From positions 1-61,019 of the forward strand of contig JBMYQB010000006.1 of the NCBI GenBank assembly GCA_049600935.1: a stretch of DNA of 61,019 bases, in the 5' to 3' direction. This DNA comes from Poseidonia sp. (GTDB taxonomy: Archaea > Thermoplasmatota > Poseidoniia > Poseidoniales > Poseidoniaceae). The stretch's first letter is position 1. Every line of letters starts with the position of its first letter. Made by a program: the position numbers and the translations under genes. This document shows, one piece after another, positions 16,947 through 28,925 of the stretch. The notes below the pieces were generated by a model, which saw only the letters and a list, made by a program, of their open reading frames with translations, had not been told where the DNA came from and ran no database searches.

Positions 16947-18440
16947 ATGCAAGTGACCATCAGTTCAGGAAACAACATCAACGGAACCCTTGTTCTTCCT
17001 CTCTTCGAGGGTGAAGAAACCCTCCCAGAAATTGTCGAAGGCATTCCTTCAACGCTGAAAGGCCAAATCAATCGCGTTCTAGCTGACGGCGACTTCAAGG
17101 CCAAAGCCAACGCCACCATGACCCTGATGGGCACCGAAGGCGGCAAAGCCATGCTCGTTGGTGTGGGCAAGCCCGAAAAGGCCGACGTCCACGCTTACCG
17201 TGAGGCAGGCGCCACCGTGGTCGCTTCCTGTAAGAAAGTCCACGGCGACGAATTGACGGTGGTGTTCCACGATGCAGACCTTGCCTGCATGGCGTCCTTC
17301 GCCGAGGGCATGATGCTTCGAGACTACAGCTACGACCTCTACAAGAAGAAGGACGAAGACGACGAAGACATCACCCTCTCCGCTCGAATCAACTGCAACG
17401 AAGGCGACACGACGGCGCTCTCTGCGGCCATTGACCGGGCCGCTTCCATCGTGAGCGGGGTCCACCTCTCCCGAGACCTCGGTAACTGCCCTCCCAACGA
17501 CATGTACCCCATGGCGTTCGCCACGAAGGCAGAGAAGTGGGCCAAGGCATACGACAACGTCAAGGTTGAAGTCATTGATTACGAAGCCGCCAAGCGCTTC
17601 GGAATGGGCGGCCTCGTCGCTGTCGGCATGGGCTCGTCTCGCAAGCCCTGCATGGTCATTTTCACTCTCAACGGCGACCAGAAAGGCCGACACCCCATTC
17701 TGGTGGGTAAAGGGATCACCTTTGACACCGGTGGCATCTCACTCAAGCCAGGCGCGAACATGGACGAGATGAAGTACGATATGGGCGGGTCCGCCACGGT
17801 GTTTGGAACCATGGAAGCCCTTGCTTCCAGCGGCTATGCGGGCAAGGTCATCGGCATCACCTGCATGGCAGAAAACATGCCTGCCGCCAATGCGCAACGT
17901 CCTGGAGACGTCATCACAACCCTCTCGGGCAAGACCATTGAAGTCCTCAACACCGATGCCGAAGGCCGCCTTGTGCTCTCCGATGGACTTTGGAAGGCGG
18001 GCACGGACTACGACCCTGAATACATCGTCGACTTTGCCACCTTGACCGGTGCCTGCGTCGTTGCCCTCGGTCACGAAGCCACCGGATTGTGGTCCAATGA
18101 CGACGACTTCCGAACCCGTATTCACGAGGCTGGAAACGATGTCGGCGAACTCGCGTGGCCCATGCCTCTTCTCCCAGCGTTCGAGAAGGAAATGACCGAT
18201 TCCAAGATTGCCGATACCCGCAACTTGGGAGCCGGTCGCTGGGGCGGTGCCAACACCGCCGCTGCCTTCCTTAAGCAGTTCGTGCCCAACCGTGGCGAAG
18301 GCGACGACGCCGAGCAAATTACCTGGGCTCACATGGACATCGCTGGAACCTACTGGGGCGCTAAGACCAACAAGATGGTCGGACACGGTGCCACGGGCAT
18401 TCACGTACGAACCATGGTCCGCCTCATCACCGGCGAGTAA
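16947..18440 (+). CDS. pepA: Leucyl aminopeptidase (M17)
   Basis: VGKGITFDTGGISLK, MKYDMGG, NTDAEGRL, ATLTGA, WAHMDIAG. Confidence 0.96.
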   Translation: MQVTISSGNNINGTLVLPLFEGEETLPEIVEGIPSTLKGQINRVLADGDFKAKANATMTLMGTEGGKAMLVGVGKPEKADVHAYREAGATVVASCKKVHGDELTVVFHDADLACMASFAEGMMLRDYSYDLYKKKDEDDEDITLSARINCNEGDTTALSAAIDRAASIVSGVHLSRDLGNCPPNDMYPMAFATKAEKWAKAYDNVKVEVIDYEAAKRFGMGGLVAVGMGSSRKPCMVIFTLNGDQKGRHPILVGKGITFDTGGISLKPGANMDEMKYDMGGSATVFGTMEALASSGYAGKVIGITCMAENMPAANAQRPGDVITTLSGKTIEVLNTDAEGRLVLSDGLWKAGTDYDPEYIVDFATLTGACVVALGHEATGLWSNDDDFRTRIHEAGNDVGELAWPMPLLPAFEKEMTDSKIADTRNLGAGRWGGANTAAAFLKQFVPNRGEGDDAEQITWAHMDIAGTYWGAKTNKMVGHGATGIHVRTMVRLITGE

Positions 18441-18449
18441 AACCAACAT

Positions 18450-18470
18450 CGCCCGTTTCGGGTGCTTTTG
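18450..18470 (+). terminator. Hairpin plus U-tract after pepA
   Basis: CGCCCGTTTCGGGTGCTTTT starting about 10 nt after the TAA. Confidence 0.4.
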
Positions 18471-18563
18471 GCTTGATTTCGGGGCCTCTTCTTGATTCTC
18501 CCGTTGCATGGCAACGTTGAGTTTGCGCGTACGCATCTGTTTCAGTACGCCGTTTTCACTAGA

Positions 18564-18570
18564 TTTATAT
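18564..18570 (+). promoter_or_regulatory. TATA box upstream of the Hsp20-dnaK-thermosome cluster
   Basis: TTTATAT about 55 nt upstream of ATG 18623. Confidence 0.65.
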
Positions 18571-18622
18571 GGGGTAGCACACTCGCAACTACATAACCGA
18601 TGGTTTAGTAGTGGTGTTGACG

Positions 18623-19309
18623 ATGGCCGATGATTGGGAAGATGACCTGCTTGACAAGTTGGAAGAGATGCTCCGTAACATGGGCATGCCCATTACTCGA
18701 GAGCAACTCAAGGGCTTCATGAACCAGTTCAAAGACCAGTTTGACGCCCTCGGCATCAATCCCGAAAAAATCGCTAAAGGTGAGGTCAACTTCAATTTCG
18801 ACATCTCTGACATCTCGAAGATGTTCAACGCAGGCACGTCCGTTGAGGACCTGTTCAAGAATCTCGGCATGGACATTCGAGTGGACGCGGCACCCGTAGA
18901 AATTGACCCCTCAGCCCTCGAATCCAACGATGACGAGACGATGAAACTCCCTGCGGAAGACGTGTACCTCGACGGTTGGAACATGTCCGTCACCCTCGAT
19001 TTTGCCCTCAAAGGCGACATCGAATCCGAACACCTCGAAATTGAACTCATCAAGAACGGGTCCCAAATTGAGATCATGCGTTCAACGCAGCCCAAGCCCC
19101 TGGCGCTGGTTGAACTCCCTCATCCCTGCGACGACGTCGTAGAATGGACCCTGAACAACGGTATTCTCGACATCACCCTGAAACTGACGCCCCAAGGAAA
19201 AGCGTTGGACCCGGATGATGACGACACCCTCCCTGCCCCGGGGGAGGTAAGCATCGACCTCGGTGACGATGACGATGACGAAGACGACGGTGGCATCCCC
19301 ATCTTTTGA
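18623..19309 (+). CDS. Small heat-shock protein (Hsp20/alpha-crystallin domain) with long N-terminal region
   Basis: C-terminal ACD-like strands with VELP...[12 protein letters not shown]. Acidic tail ending in an IPI motif. Directly upstream of dnaK. Confidence 0.7.
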   Translation: MADDWEDDLLDKLEEMLRNMGMPITREQLKGFMNQFKDQFDALGINPEKIAKGEVNFNFDISDISKMFNAGTSVEDLFKNLGMDIRVDAAPVEIDPSALESNDDETMKLPAEDVYLDGWNMSVTLDFALKGDIESEHLEIELIKNGSQIEIMRSTQPKPLALVELPHPCDDVVEWTLNNGILDITLKLTPQGKALDPDDDDTLPAPGEVSIDLGDDDDDEDDGGIPIF

Positions 19310-19323
19310 AGGACGTGAAAACA

Positions 19324-21207
<1,884 letters not shown>

Positions 21208-21266
21208 CGACGACCTGAAGCAAGGCCGAGCGCTTGGCTTATGGGGAAGTGGTCGGTGGACGAGGC

Positions 21267-22859
21267 ATGAGCGAAGTCCCTATTCTCAAGGAGACCACGC
21301 GCTCAACGGGTCGTGAAGCCCTTCGAAACAACATCACAGCCGCCATGGCGCTCGCTGGTGCCGTACGCAGTACCCTTGGGCCGCTTGGTCAAGACAAGTT
21401 GCTCATCGACGATGAAGGCCGCACCATGGTGACCAACGACGGCGTCACCGTGCTCGAGTCTGCCAAGGTGGAGCATCCAGTTGCCAACATGCTCATCAAC
21501 GCTTCAACCACACAGGATCGTATCGCTCGAGACGGCACCACGAGCGCCGTGTTGCTCTCGGCGGAATTGCTGCAGAACGCATGGGAACTTGTGCTCCAAG
21601 GCGTCCACCCTTCGGCGATCGCCCGAGGTTATCGCCACGCTGAGGAGGCTTGCCGAGACCATTTTGACGACCTCATCATCGAGGCCAACGAAGAACAGAT
21701 GCTGGCGGCAGCGACCACTTCGCTCTCAGGGAAGATCCACCAAGCCATGCAGCATCATTTGGCTGGGCTGGCCGTTCAAGCAGCCAAGGCCGTTGTGGAA
21801 GAACGCCCGTCGGGGGTGCTCGCCGACCCCACTCGTGTCAAAATCCTCACCCAAACGGGCGGTTCCATGAGCGATTCATCGTTGGTCACAGGCTTGGTGT
21901 TGGCCAAACAACGGGTTTCGGACCGCATGCCAAAGCACCTCAATTCGGGGAAAATCGCCCTCGTCGACGGTGGTCTCGAGCGAAGAGAGCTGATGAGCAA
22001 CGTCAAACTCAAGGTGTCAAACACCGGCGTGCTCGAGAGTTTTCGCCAACAGGAGAAGACGGTGCTCCTCCAACAAATCGAACACCTCGTCGAGCTCGGT
22101 GTCACGCTCTTGGCGTGCAAAGAAGGCATTGACGACGATGTTCATGCTGCGCTCACTGGGGCAGGTATCCAGGCTTATCGCAGGGTTTCCCGAGCTGACT
22201 TGGATTTGCTCGCCAGAGGAACCAATGCCACCCTCAACAACGACGTCAAAGGGTTGACAGCCTCAGATTTGGGCGTGTTCATCAGCAGCAAGAACGAGCG
22301 CTGGAACGGTGTCATGCACTGGATTGTTGAGACCGAAGAAGGCGGTGCGACCTTCATTGCCAAAGGTTCCACCAACGAGGTCGTTGGTGAGGTTGAACGC
22401 TGTTTTGCCGACGCCTTGGGCGTGGCGTGCCAACTGCTCGAAGAGCCCTATCTTCTCCCCGGTGGAGGCGCAACACAAATCGCCCTTGCTCGCCATCTGC
22501 GACGGTTCGCAGAAGGTTTCGCAGGACGTGAACAATTGGCCGTTGAAGCCTTTGCCGATGCCCTCGAGGTCATTCCCAGAACCCTCGCTCAAAACGCAGG
22601 ATTGGATCCTCTTGACACCTTGCTTCAGACGGTTGCCAAACAGACGACCTACGAAGGTCCTGAGGCTCATTTTATTGGCCTGAACGTCGAGAGCAAACAA
22701 CCGAGCAACATGGTCGCTGACGGCGTCGTTGAACCGCTTCGCATCACTCGCCAAGTGCTGGCTGGAGCCACGGAAGCAGCGCTTTCCGTGTTGCGGATTG
22801 ATGACGTGCTTTGGGCGAAGCAAGACCCAACGGTTCCCGAACTCCCTGACGAAGACTGA
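21267..22859 (+). CDS. Divergent thermosome (group II chaperonin) subunit
   Basis: STLGPLGQDK, VTNDGVTVL, RDGTTSA, ERCFADAL, LPGGGA, ALEVIPRTLAQNAGLD, GVVEP, LRIDD. Confidence 0.92.
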   Translation: MSEVPILKETTRSTGREALRNNITAAMALAGAVRSTLGPLGQDKLLIDDEGRTMVTNDGVTVLESAKVEHPVANMLINASTTQDRIARDGTTSAVLLSAELLQNAWELVLQGVHPSAIARGYRHAEEACRDHFDDLIIEANEEQMLAAATTSLSGKIHQAMQHHLAGLAVQAAKAVVEERPSGVLADPTRVKILTQTGGSMSDSSLVTGLVLAKQRVSDRMPKHLNSGKIALVDGGLERRELMSNVKLKVSNTGVLESFRQQEKTVLLQQIEHLVELGVTLLACKEGIDDDVHAALTGAGIQAYRRVSRADLDLLARGTNATLNNDVKGLTASDLGVFISSKNERWNGVMHWIVETEEGGATFIAKGSTNEVVGEVERCFADALGVACQLLEEPYLLPGGGATQIALARHLRRFAEGFAGREQLAVEAFADALEVIPRTLAQNAGLDPLDTLLQTVAKQTTYEGPEAHFIGLNVESKQPSNMVADGVVEPLRITRQVLAGATEAALSVLRIDDVLWAKQDPTVPELPDED

Positions 22860-22886
22860 GCGGGAAGGGTTGGATAAAACCAGCCC

Positions 22887-22894
22887 TATAAATA
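22887..22894 (+). promoter_or_regulatory. TATA box (TATAAATA) for a probably leaderless HMG-CoA synthase mRNA
   Basis: Starts 29 nt before the GTG at 22916. No RBS visible. Confidence 0.6.
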
Positions 22895-22915
22895 GCGGAC
22901 GGCCGAGGGCAGGCA

Positions 22916-24487
22916 GTGTCAGATACAACCGTTGCACCCGTTGGCATTGACGACATCGCCATCCATTTCCCCCGCCTTTACATGGACATGAAGGACTTTG
23001 CAGACCTTCGGGGAGCCGATTATGGAAAATTGAACAAGGGCCTGGGCCTTGAAGCCATGGCCATCCCAGACGTTCACGAAGACACCGCCACCATGGGCGC
23101 CATGGCCGTCATGCAACTCATCGACCGGAACGGCCTCGATCCTCGAACCATTGGTCGCATGTACCTCGGTACGGAATCTGCACTGGATGGTGCAAAACCA
23201 ACAGCGACCTACATTGTGGACATGCTCACGCAACGCTACGCCGAGCGATTTGGCGAAGATTGTTTCCAAACCTGTGATGTCGTTGACATGACCTTCGCAT
23301 GCATCGGTGCGGTGGACGCTCTGCACACGACCCTCGACTGGGTTGCACGCTCCAGCGAGAAAGACGAGCGACTCGGCATCGTCATTTTCTCAGACAACGC
23401 CAAGTATGCACTGGAATCTTCGGGCGAGTATACCCAAGGAGCCGGTGGCGGCGCTCTGTTGATTCGTCGAAATCCTCGTCTCCTGGAAATTCCCGACTGC
23501 ATCGGTGTATCGACCACACCCGTGCACGATTTCTTCAAACCCCGACGAGAGGTGTCGATTCGTTCGGTGATTTCCAACGTGATGCAACTCGCCCAAGAAG
23601 CCGGTCAAACTGTCAAGAAAGGCATCATTGAGCGCATGATTCGTCACCTCCCGAAATCAACGGTTCGGAAACTCGGTATTTTCGCCCACGGCGAGGAAAA
23701 GGTGAGCGTTCACCGCGACGACCCTGTCTTCGACGGCCAGTTTTCCAACCGTTGCTACCAAAACGCTGTCCGTCAGGCCTTCTACGACTTCAGTCAAAAA
23801 GCCGAGCGAGATGGAAGAATCAATTCGGAAACCGATGAGCCGTTTACCGAACAGTGGTCTCGCATCATCATGCACTTGCCGTATGCCTATCAGGCCAAGC
23901 GCATGTTCCCCGATGTGTTCCGACACGACCGAGAACACACGGCCATGTGGGAAGATGTCGTTGCGAGCATTGGCCATATGCCGGAACAACCCGAGACCAA
24001 CGACAGCGAGGTGTTGGAGGCGTGGGAGAAGGAGAAGGACGCCTATCGACGTCAAATTTCCAAGACACCGCAGTACGCTGAATTCCATGCCAGCCGCATC
24101 GAAAAAGGGCAACGTGCCAGCAGCCTGATCGGCAACCAATACACCGGCTCTATTTTCTTGGCCCTGATGTCAACCTTTGAATCCGACCTCGAAGACAACA
24201 GCAACCTCGACAACGTCATGTTCGGCATGTGCGGGTACGGCTCAGGAGCGAAGGCCAAGGTCTTCGAAGGCAAAGTCAACCCCCGCTGGCGAGAAGTCGT
24301 GGCCACGTGGCGACTCTTTGAACGCCTCGCTGGCCGCATGGCCATCGACCACGTGACCTACGAGAACCTGCACAAGGGGACCCAAGACAACAGCGTCATC
24401 GAGCCAAAAGGCGAGTTTGCGCTGGTCGATATCGGGGATGAGGGCGTCGACGAAGGTGCCCGCCGTTACCGATGGATCAAGGCGTGA
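22916..24487 (+). CDS. mvaS: Hydroxymethylglutaryl-CoA synthase (bacterial MvaS-like type)
   Basis: GTESALDGAKP (Glu), FACIGA (Cys), EYTQGAGG, HLPY (His), GNQYTGS, YGSGAKA. Confidence 0.9.
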   Translation: MSDTTVAPVGIDDIAIHFPRLYMDMKDFADLRGADYGKLNKGLGLEAMAIPDVHEDTATMGAMAVMQLIDRNGLDPRTIGRMYLGTESALDGAKPTATYIVDMLTQRYAERFGEDCFQTCDVVDMTFACIGAVDALHTTLDWVARSSEKDERLGIVIFSDNAKYALESSGEYTQGAGGGALLIRRNPRLLEIPDCIGVSTTPVHDFFKPRREVSIRSVISNVMQLAQEAGQTVKKGIIERMIRHLPKSTVRKLGIFAHGEEKVSVHRDDPVFDGQFSNRCYQNAVRQAFYDFSQKAERDGRINSETDEPFTEQWSRIIMHLPYAYQAKRMFPDVFRHDREHTAMWEDVVASIGHMPEQPETNDSEVLEAWEKEKDAYRRQISKTPQYAEFHASRIEKGQRASSLIGNQYTGSIFLALMSTFESDLEDNSNLDNVMFGMCGYGSGAKAKVFEGKVNPRWREVVATWRLFERLAGRMAIDHVTYENLHKGTQDNSVIEPKGEFALVDIGDEGVDEGARRYRWIKA

Positions 24488-24490
24488 GGC

Positions 24491-25543
24491 TCAAAAGTCC
24501 AAGACGACTTTACCGCACTCGCCCTCCATCGCCAACTGCATCGCTGATTCAAAGTCGGCGATGCCCATCCGATGGGTGAGCACTTTGTCCACATCAATGG
24601 CACCTTTTGCAAGCAGGGCGTGCATGGTATCCCAAGTGGACCACATTTTCCGGCCGTTGATGCCTTTGAGATGGAGATAACGGAACACGACCTCGTTCAT
24701 GGGCACTTCTGGCATGGACTGGCCGTACACCGAGAGGATGTTGACATAACCGCCCATGCGGGTGGAGTGAATCGCATTGGACAAGGCTGAGGCTGCGCCA
24801 GAAAATTCGCAACTGTTGTCAACACCTCGGCCATCGGTCGCCTCCAAGATTGAGGCAACAACATCGTCGTCTTTGCCAAGGACGATGTCAGCCCCCAACT
24901 CCCTTGCCAGATTCATGCGATAGGTGTTGTCCCAGTCCACCGCAATCACGGTGGTTGCACCCATCGCCTTGGCAGCGTTAACCGCAAACAGACCGATGGG
25001 TCCCAAACCGTGAACGGCCACCGTCGCTCCCTTGACGGGACCGCCGGTTAAGGTGTGAATGGCGTTGCCCAAGGGATCCTGAATGGAAGCGTGTCCTGGG
25101 TCGAGGCCCTCGGGTACGTGTCGAGCGTTGATGGCGGGGACGGTGAAGAACGGGGCAAAAGCTCCGTGCCCGTGGACACCAAAAATTGAGCCATTTTCAC
25201 AAACATGGGCGTTGCCTTCGTCGCAACGAGGGCAATTCCAACATGCGAGATGGCACTCGATGGCGACCACATCCCCGATGGCATGGCTTGACACACCTTC
25301 GCCAAGCGCAACGATGCTACCGCTGGTTTCGTGGCCGGTCACGGTGCCCAAGGGGACGTTTTCGCGACTCCAATCGTCCCATTTCCAAATATGGATGTCC
25401 GTACCGCACACCGAAGTTGATTGGGTTTTGACGAGCACTTCTCCGGGGCCGGGTTGAGGAACGGGGTGTTCCTCGAGGCTGAACCCCCCGACCTCAGAGC
25501 GTGTTTTTGTCCACGCCTTCATGGTCGTTGGTATCGCACCCAT
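24491..25543 (-). CDS. tdh: L-threonine 3-dehydrogenase (Zn-dependent MDR family)
   Basis: CGTDIHI, GHE, CWNCPRCDEGNAHVC, QDPLGNAIH, GLGPIG, GINGRKMWSTW, CGKVVL. Confidence 0.85.
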   Translation of the reverse strand: MGAIPTTMKAWTKTRSEVGGFSLEEHPVPQPGPGEVLVKTQSTSVCGTDIHIWKWDDWSRENVPLGTVTGHETSGSIVALGEGVSSHAIGDVVAIECHLACWNCPRCDEGNAHVCENGSIFGVHGHGAFAPFFTVPAINARHVPEGLDPGHASIQDPLGNAIHTLTGGPVKGATVAVHGLGPIGLFAVNAAKAMGATTVIAVDWDNTYRMNLARELGADIVLGKDDDVVASILEATDGRGVDNSCEFSGAASALSNAIHSTRMGGYVNILSVYGQSMPEVPMNEVVFRYLHLKGINGRKMWSTWDTMHALLAKGAIDVDKVLTHRMGIADFESAMQLAMEGECGKVVLDF

Positions 25544-25676
25544 GCTTCGCCCTCGAGTTGGTCTTGCTCGGGCACCTTTTCATCCTTCGGTCATGAGGAG
25601 TTGGAGGTCTTGACCGTCGGTTCTTCGGTATGTTGATTAGGGAGGCGCGACGGCCTCAAATCCCGTTGATGTTGCA

Positions 25677-27305
25677 ATGAAGTACGTCGTGGTCAGCGGA
25701 GGAGTCCTCTCTGGACTCGGCAAAGGTGTCACTGCAAGTAGCATTGGCGTCCTGCTCAAAAGCGCTGGACTGCGGGTCACATCCATCAAAATTGACCCGT
25801 ATCTCAACAGCGACGCTGGGACCATGTCACCCTTCGAACACGGCGAAGTCTTCGTTCTGGATGATGGAGGAGAAGTCGACCTCGACCTGGGAAATTACGA
25901 ACGCTTCCTCGACATCAACCTCTCCAAAGACAACAATTTGACCACGGGGAAAATCTACGCCAAGGTGATTGAAGCAGAACGACGTGGAGACTACCTCGGA
26001 AAGACCGTTCAGGTAATTCCTCACATCACCGATGCGATTCAGGACTGGATAGAAGACGTTGCACAACGACCCGCCGACGGGACCGAAGACGTACCCGATG
26101 CGTGCATCATCGAACTGGGCGGCACGGTGGGCGACATCGAATCGGCCCCGTATGTTGAGGCTCTTAGGCAATTTCAGTTTCGCGTGGGCCGAGAGAACGT
26201 CACCTTTGTCCACGTCTCTTTGGTCCCGGTCCTCGGACCTGTGGGTGAACAGAAAACAAAACCAACCCAGCACACGGTGAAGGAGCTTCGAGGTCTTGGC
26301 ATCAGCCCTGACATCCTGGTGTGCCGGTCGTCCGCTCCTCTCAACGATGAAACGAGGAACAAGTTGGCCGCCTTCTGTCATGTCAAACCAGAGGCCGTAA
26401 TGTCAACCCACGATGTACCCAACATCTACCACGTTCCGTTGATGTTGCAAGAACAAGGCTTGTGCGACATTCTGAACGTTGATTGCTCGGCCACGTCGCT
26501 GCTTCAAGACTGGAAAGCCATGGCGCACCACCTCGACACGCTCACCGAAGAAGTGCACATCGCCATGGTGGGCAAATACACCGACCTGTCGGACGCTTAC
26601 CTCTCGGTCATCAAGAGCCTCCAACATGCGGCAATGGCGGTTGACAGAAAGCTCGTCATCGACTGGATTGAAGCCAGCCATCTCGAGGAAGGTTGGGATG
26701 CACAAGAACACGCCACGGCGTGGGCGCTCCTCCGAGCGGCTGACGGGGTGCTCGTTCCGGGCGGCTTTGGCGATCGGGGCATTGAAGGAAAAATCCTCGC
26801 CGCTCATCACGCCCGCACCGAAAACGTGCCCTACCTGGGCATCTGCCTCGGGCTCCAAATCGCCACCATTGAATTCTGTCGCAATGTGCTCGGAATGACC
26901 GGCGCCAACTCCACGGAATTTGAAGACAACCCAGAACACGCTGCGGTCGTCTTCATGCCTGAAATTTCGAAAACACACCTTGGAGGCACGATGCGGTTGG
27001 GAAGCAGACCAACGCTCTGGCAGGCTGACGGCTCCACGATTCGGGCACTTTACGGCGACGGTGACGCCGTTGACGAGCGACACCGCCATCGCTATGAGGT
27101 CAATCCGGATTTGATTGAATCCATTGAAACCGCAGGGCTGGTCTTTGTGGGCAAGGACGAATCGGGACAACGTTGCGAAATTTTTGAGCTCGAAGGGCAT
27201 CCATATTTCGTTGGCGTGCAGTTCCACCCCGAATTCAAATCGCGCCCCGGTCGCCCGAGCCCGCCGTTCCTCGGATTGCTCAAGGCTGCGTCAGGCCAAC
27301 TTTGA
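25677..27305 (+). CDS. pyrG: CTP synthase
   Basis: [62 protein letters not shown]. Confidence 0.98.
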   Translation: MKYVVVSGGVLSGLGKGVTASSIGVLLKSAGLRVTSIKIDPYLNSDAGTMSPFEHGEVFVLDDGGEVDLDLGNYERFLDINLSKDNNLTTGKIYAKVIEAERRGDYLGKTVQVIPHITDAIQDWIEDVAQRPADGTEDVPDACIIELGGTVGDIESAPYVEALRQFQFRVGRENVTFVHVSLVPVLGPVGEQKTKPTQHTVKELRGLGISPDILVCRSSAPLNDETRNKLAAFCHVKPEAVMSTHDVPNIYHVPLMLQEQGLCDILNVDCSATSLLQDWKAMAHHLDTLTEEVHIAMVGKYTDLSDAYLSVIKSLQHAAMAVDRKLVIDWIEASHLEEGWDAQEHATAWALLRAADGVLVPGGFGDRGIEGKILAAHHARTENVPYLGICLGLQIATIEFCRNVLGMTGANSTEFEDNPEHAAVVFMPEISKTHLGGTMRLGSRPTLWQADGSTIRALYGDGDAVDERHRHRYEVNPDLIESIETAGLVFVGKDESGQRCEIFELEGHPYFVGVQFHPEFKSRPGRPSPPFLGLLKAASGQL

Positions 27306-27356
27306 GACGAGGGCTGATGCCCAAGACTCAATGTTTGTCATGAAGGACAATCACGG

Positions 27357-28109
27357 GTGAACATTGAAGCGCTTGAGGTGGTTGTGGAATTCATGGCCCT
27401 ACGAGAGCGCATGGGGACGGGACTCTTTGTCGCCCTTGGCATCGTATGGTACCTCATTGCTCCAGAATCGCTTGACTGTACGGACATGGAAACCGGTGAG
27501 ACCCTCGAGGGTTGCGTGGAGTTTTTTTCGCCATTGTTGACGTATTTTTGTGCACTGCCGCCGCTCGTTCTTGCGGTGTTCTTCCATACAGTGAGCAGAG
27601 GAGGTGAGCACAAACCATCCCTTCAGTACATCCCGGTTGATGAACAGGGCCGGACAGTCATTCCTGAACATGACACCGTCCAGACACAACAAGAATCGAC
27701 AGCGTCGCTCCTCCGCAAGGGCATGAATCTTGGAGGGTTTACGTTTGCAGGAGCCTATGCATTCATTTTCCTCGTCGGAATGCTTGCCATCCCGTTTTTG
27801 ATAATGTGCGGCATGATGGGTTCCAATTGCAGCGACAGTGATTTTCTGTGGGCTGAAAACAGCATACGCTTTGGCTATACAGCGATGATGATCAGCTTTT
27901 GGGTGTTCTTGATTTCCTCAGTTGGAACCTACGCACTTCGAAGCATGAGCGAGTACGATGAAGGGTCATCCTCCAGCCTCCCCCGGCAGGAAGAAAAAAT
28001 CGTCATTCCGTGCCCATCCTGCAACAAGAAATTGAGATTCCCAGCAGCGTATGAGGGCGAGGTACAATGCCCCAACTGCGAGCACACGTTTCCCGTTGTG
28101 AAGAAGTGA
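27357..28109 (+). CDS. Hypothetical membrane protein (about 4 TM) with C-terminal zinc ribbon
   Basis: Hydrophobic helices; terminal CPSC-x16-CPNC. Confidence 0.75.
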   Translation: MNIEALEVVVEFMALRERMGTGLFVALGIVWYLIAPESLDCTDMETGETLEGCVEFFSPLLTYFCALPPLVLAVFFHTVSRGGEHKPSLQYIPVDEQGRTVIPEHDTVQTQQESTASLLRKGMNLGGFTFAGAYAFIFLVGMLAIPFLIMCGMMGSNCSDSDFLWAENSIRFGYTAMMISFWVFLISSVGTYALRSMSEYDEGSSSSLPRQEEKIVIPCPSCNKKLRFPAAYEGEVQCPNCEHTFPVVKK

Positions 28110-28116
28110 ATACGCC

Positions 28117-28830
28117 TCACGCTTCTACTGCAAGCCAGGCCTTCACCAAATCGGGAAGAAGTTCCCCCGCATTACCAAGATGAACCTCATCAAAGGCTTC
28201 CACGTTCATCGGTGCTTCTGCATTGACGAGGACGGTGCGTGCCCCGTTGGCACGAGCAATATGAACCAAGTCAGCCGCAGGATAGACGTGGCCTGAACTC
28301 CCCACGACAATGAACACCTCACACGCATCAACGGCAGCGTAAATGTCCTCCATGTGCATGGGCATTTCGCCAAACCAAACGATGTCGGGCCTCAGCCGAC
28401 TTTGTTCAACACAGCACGAGCATGTGAGAAATTCATCCACCAGATCGGCTTCTGCCATGCGGGGCTCGCTACGGCCACTGCGTTCACATCGAAGGGTCTG
28501 GAGTTGCCCGTGCATGTGAATGATGTCCTTGCTTCCACCTCGTTCATGTAAATCGTCCACGTTTTGGGTGATGAGCGTCATGTGGGCGAGACCGTCTGCC
28601 AAGGTCGCAAGGGCGGTGTGGGCTGGATTGGGTTCCACTTCGGCGAGTTGGCGTCGTCGAGCCTGATAGAATCCCCACACGAGTTCAGGGTTCGCCCTCC
28701 ACGCTTCGGGCGTCGCCACGTCTTCGATGCGATTGTTCTCCCAAAGTCCATCGTTGTCCCGAAACGTCCGAATACCGGACTCTGCCGAAACGCCTGCTCC
28801 TGTCAACACCACCACTCGTTGTTCTTTCAT
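28117..28830 (-). CDS. cobB: Sir2-family NAD-dependent protein deacylase (class III, CobB-like)
   Basis: GAGVSAESGIRTFR, FYQARR (YxxR), TQNVDDLHERGG, HMHG, LRPDIVWFGE, VGSSG.VYPAA. Confidence 0.93.
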   Translation of the reverse strand: MKEQRVVVLTGAGVSAESGIRTFRDNDGLWENNRIEDVATPEAWRANPELVWGFYQARRRQLAEVEPNPAHTALATLADGLAHMTLITQNVDDLHERGGSKDIIHMHGQLQTLRCERSGRSEPRMAEADLVDEFLTCSCCVEQSRLRPDIVWFGEMPMHMEDIYAAVDACEVFIVVGSSGHVYPAADLVHIARANGARTVLVNAEAPMNVEAFDEVHLGNAGELLPDLVKAWLAVEA

Positions 28831-28925
28831 ACCATCACGACGCGTTGAGAATATATGAACAAAACATGAGGATTTCTTGTTCGCACTTTTTCACAAAATC
28901 GGTCCGCAACTTCGCTTGTTGAAGG

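Noticed and set aside
18575-18620. CIRCE (HrcA) element before the chaperone cluster
   Set aside because: TAGCACACTC only loosely resembles TTAGCACTC, and the GAGTGCTAA half-site is absent.
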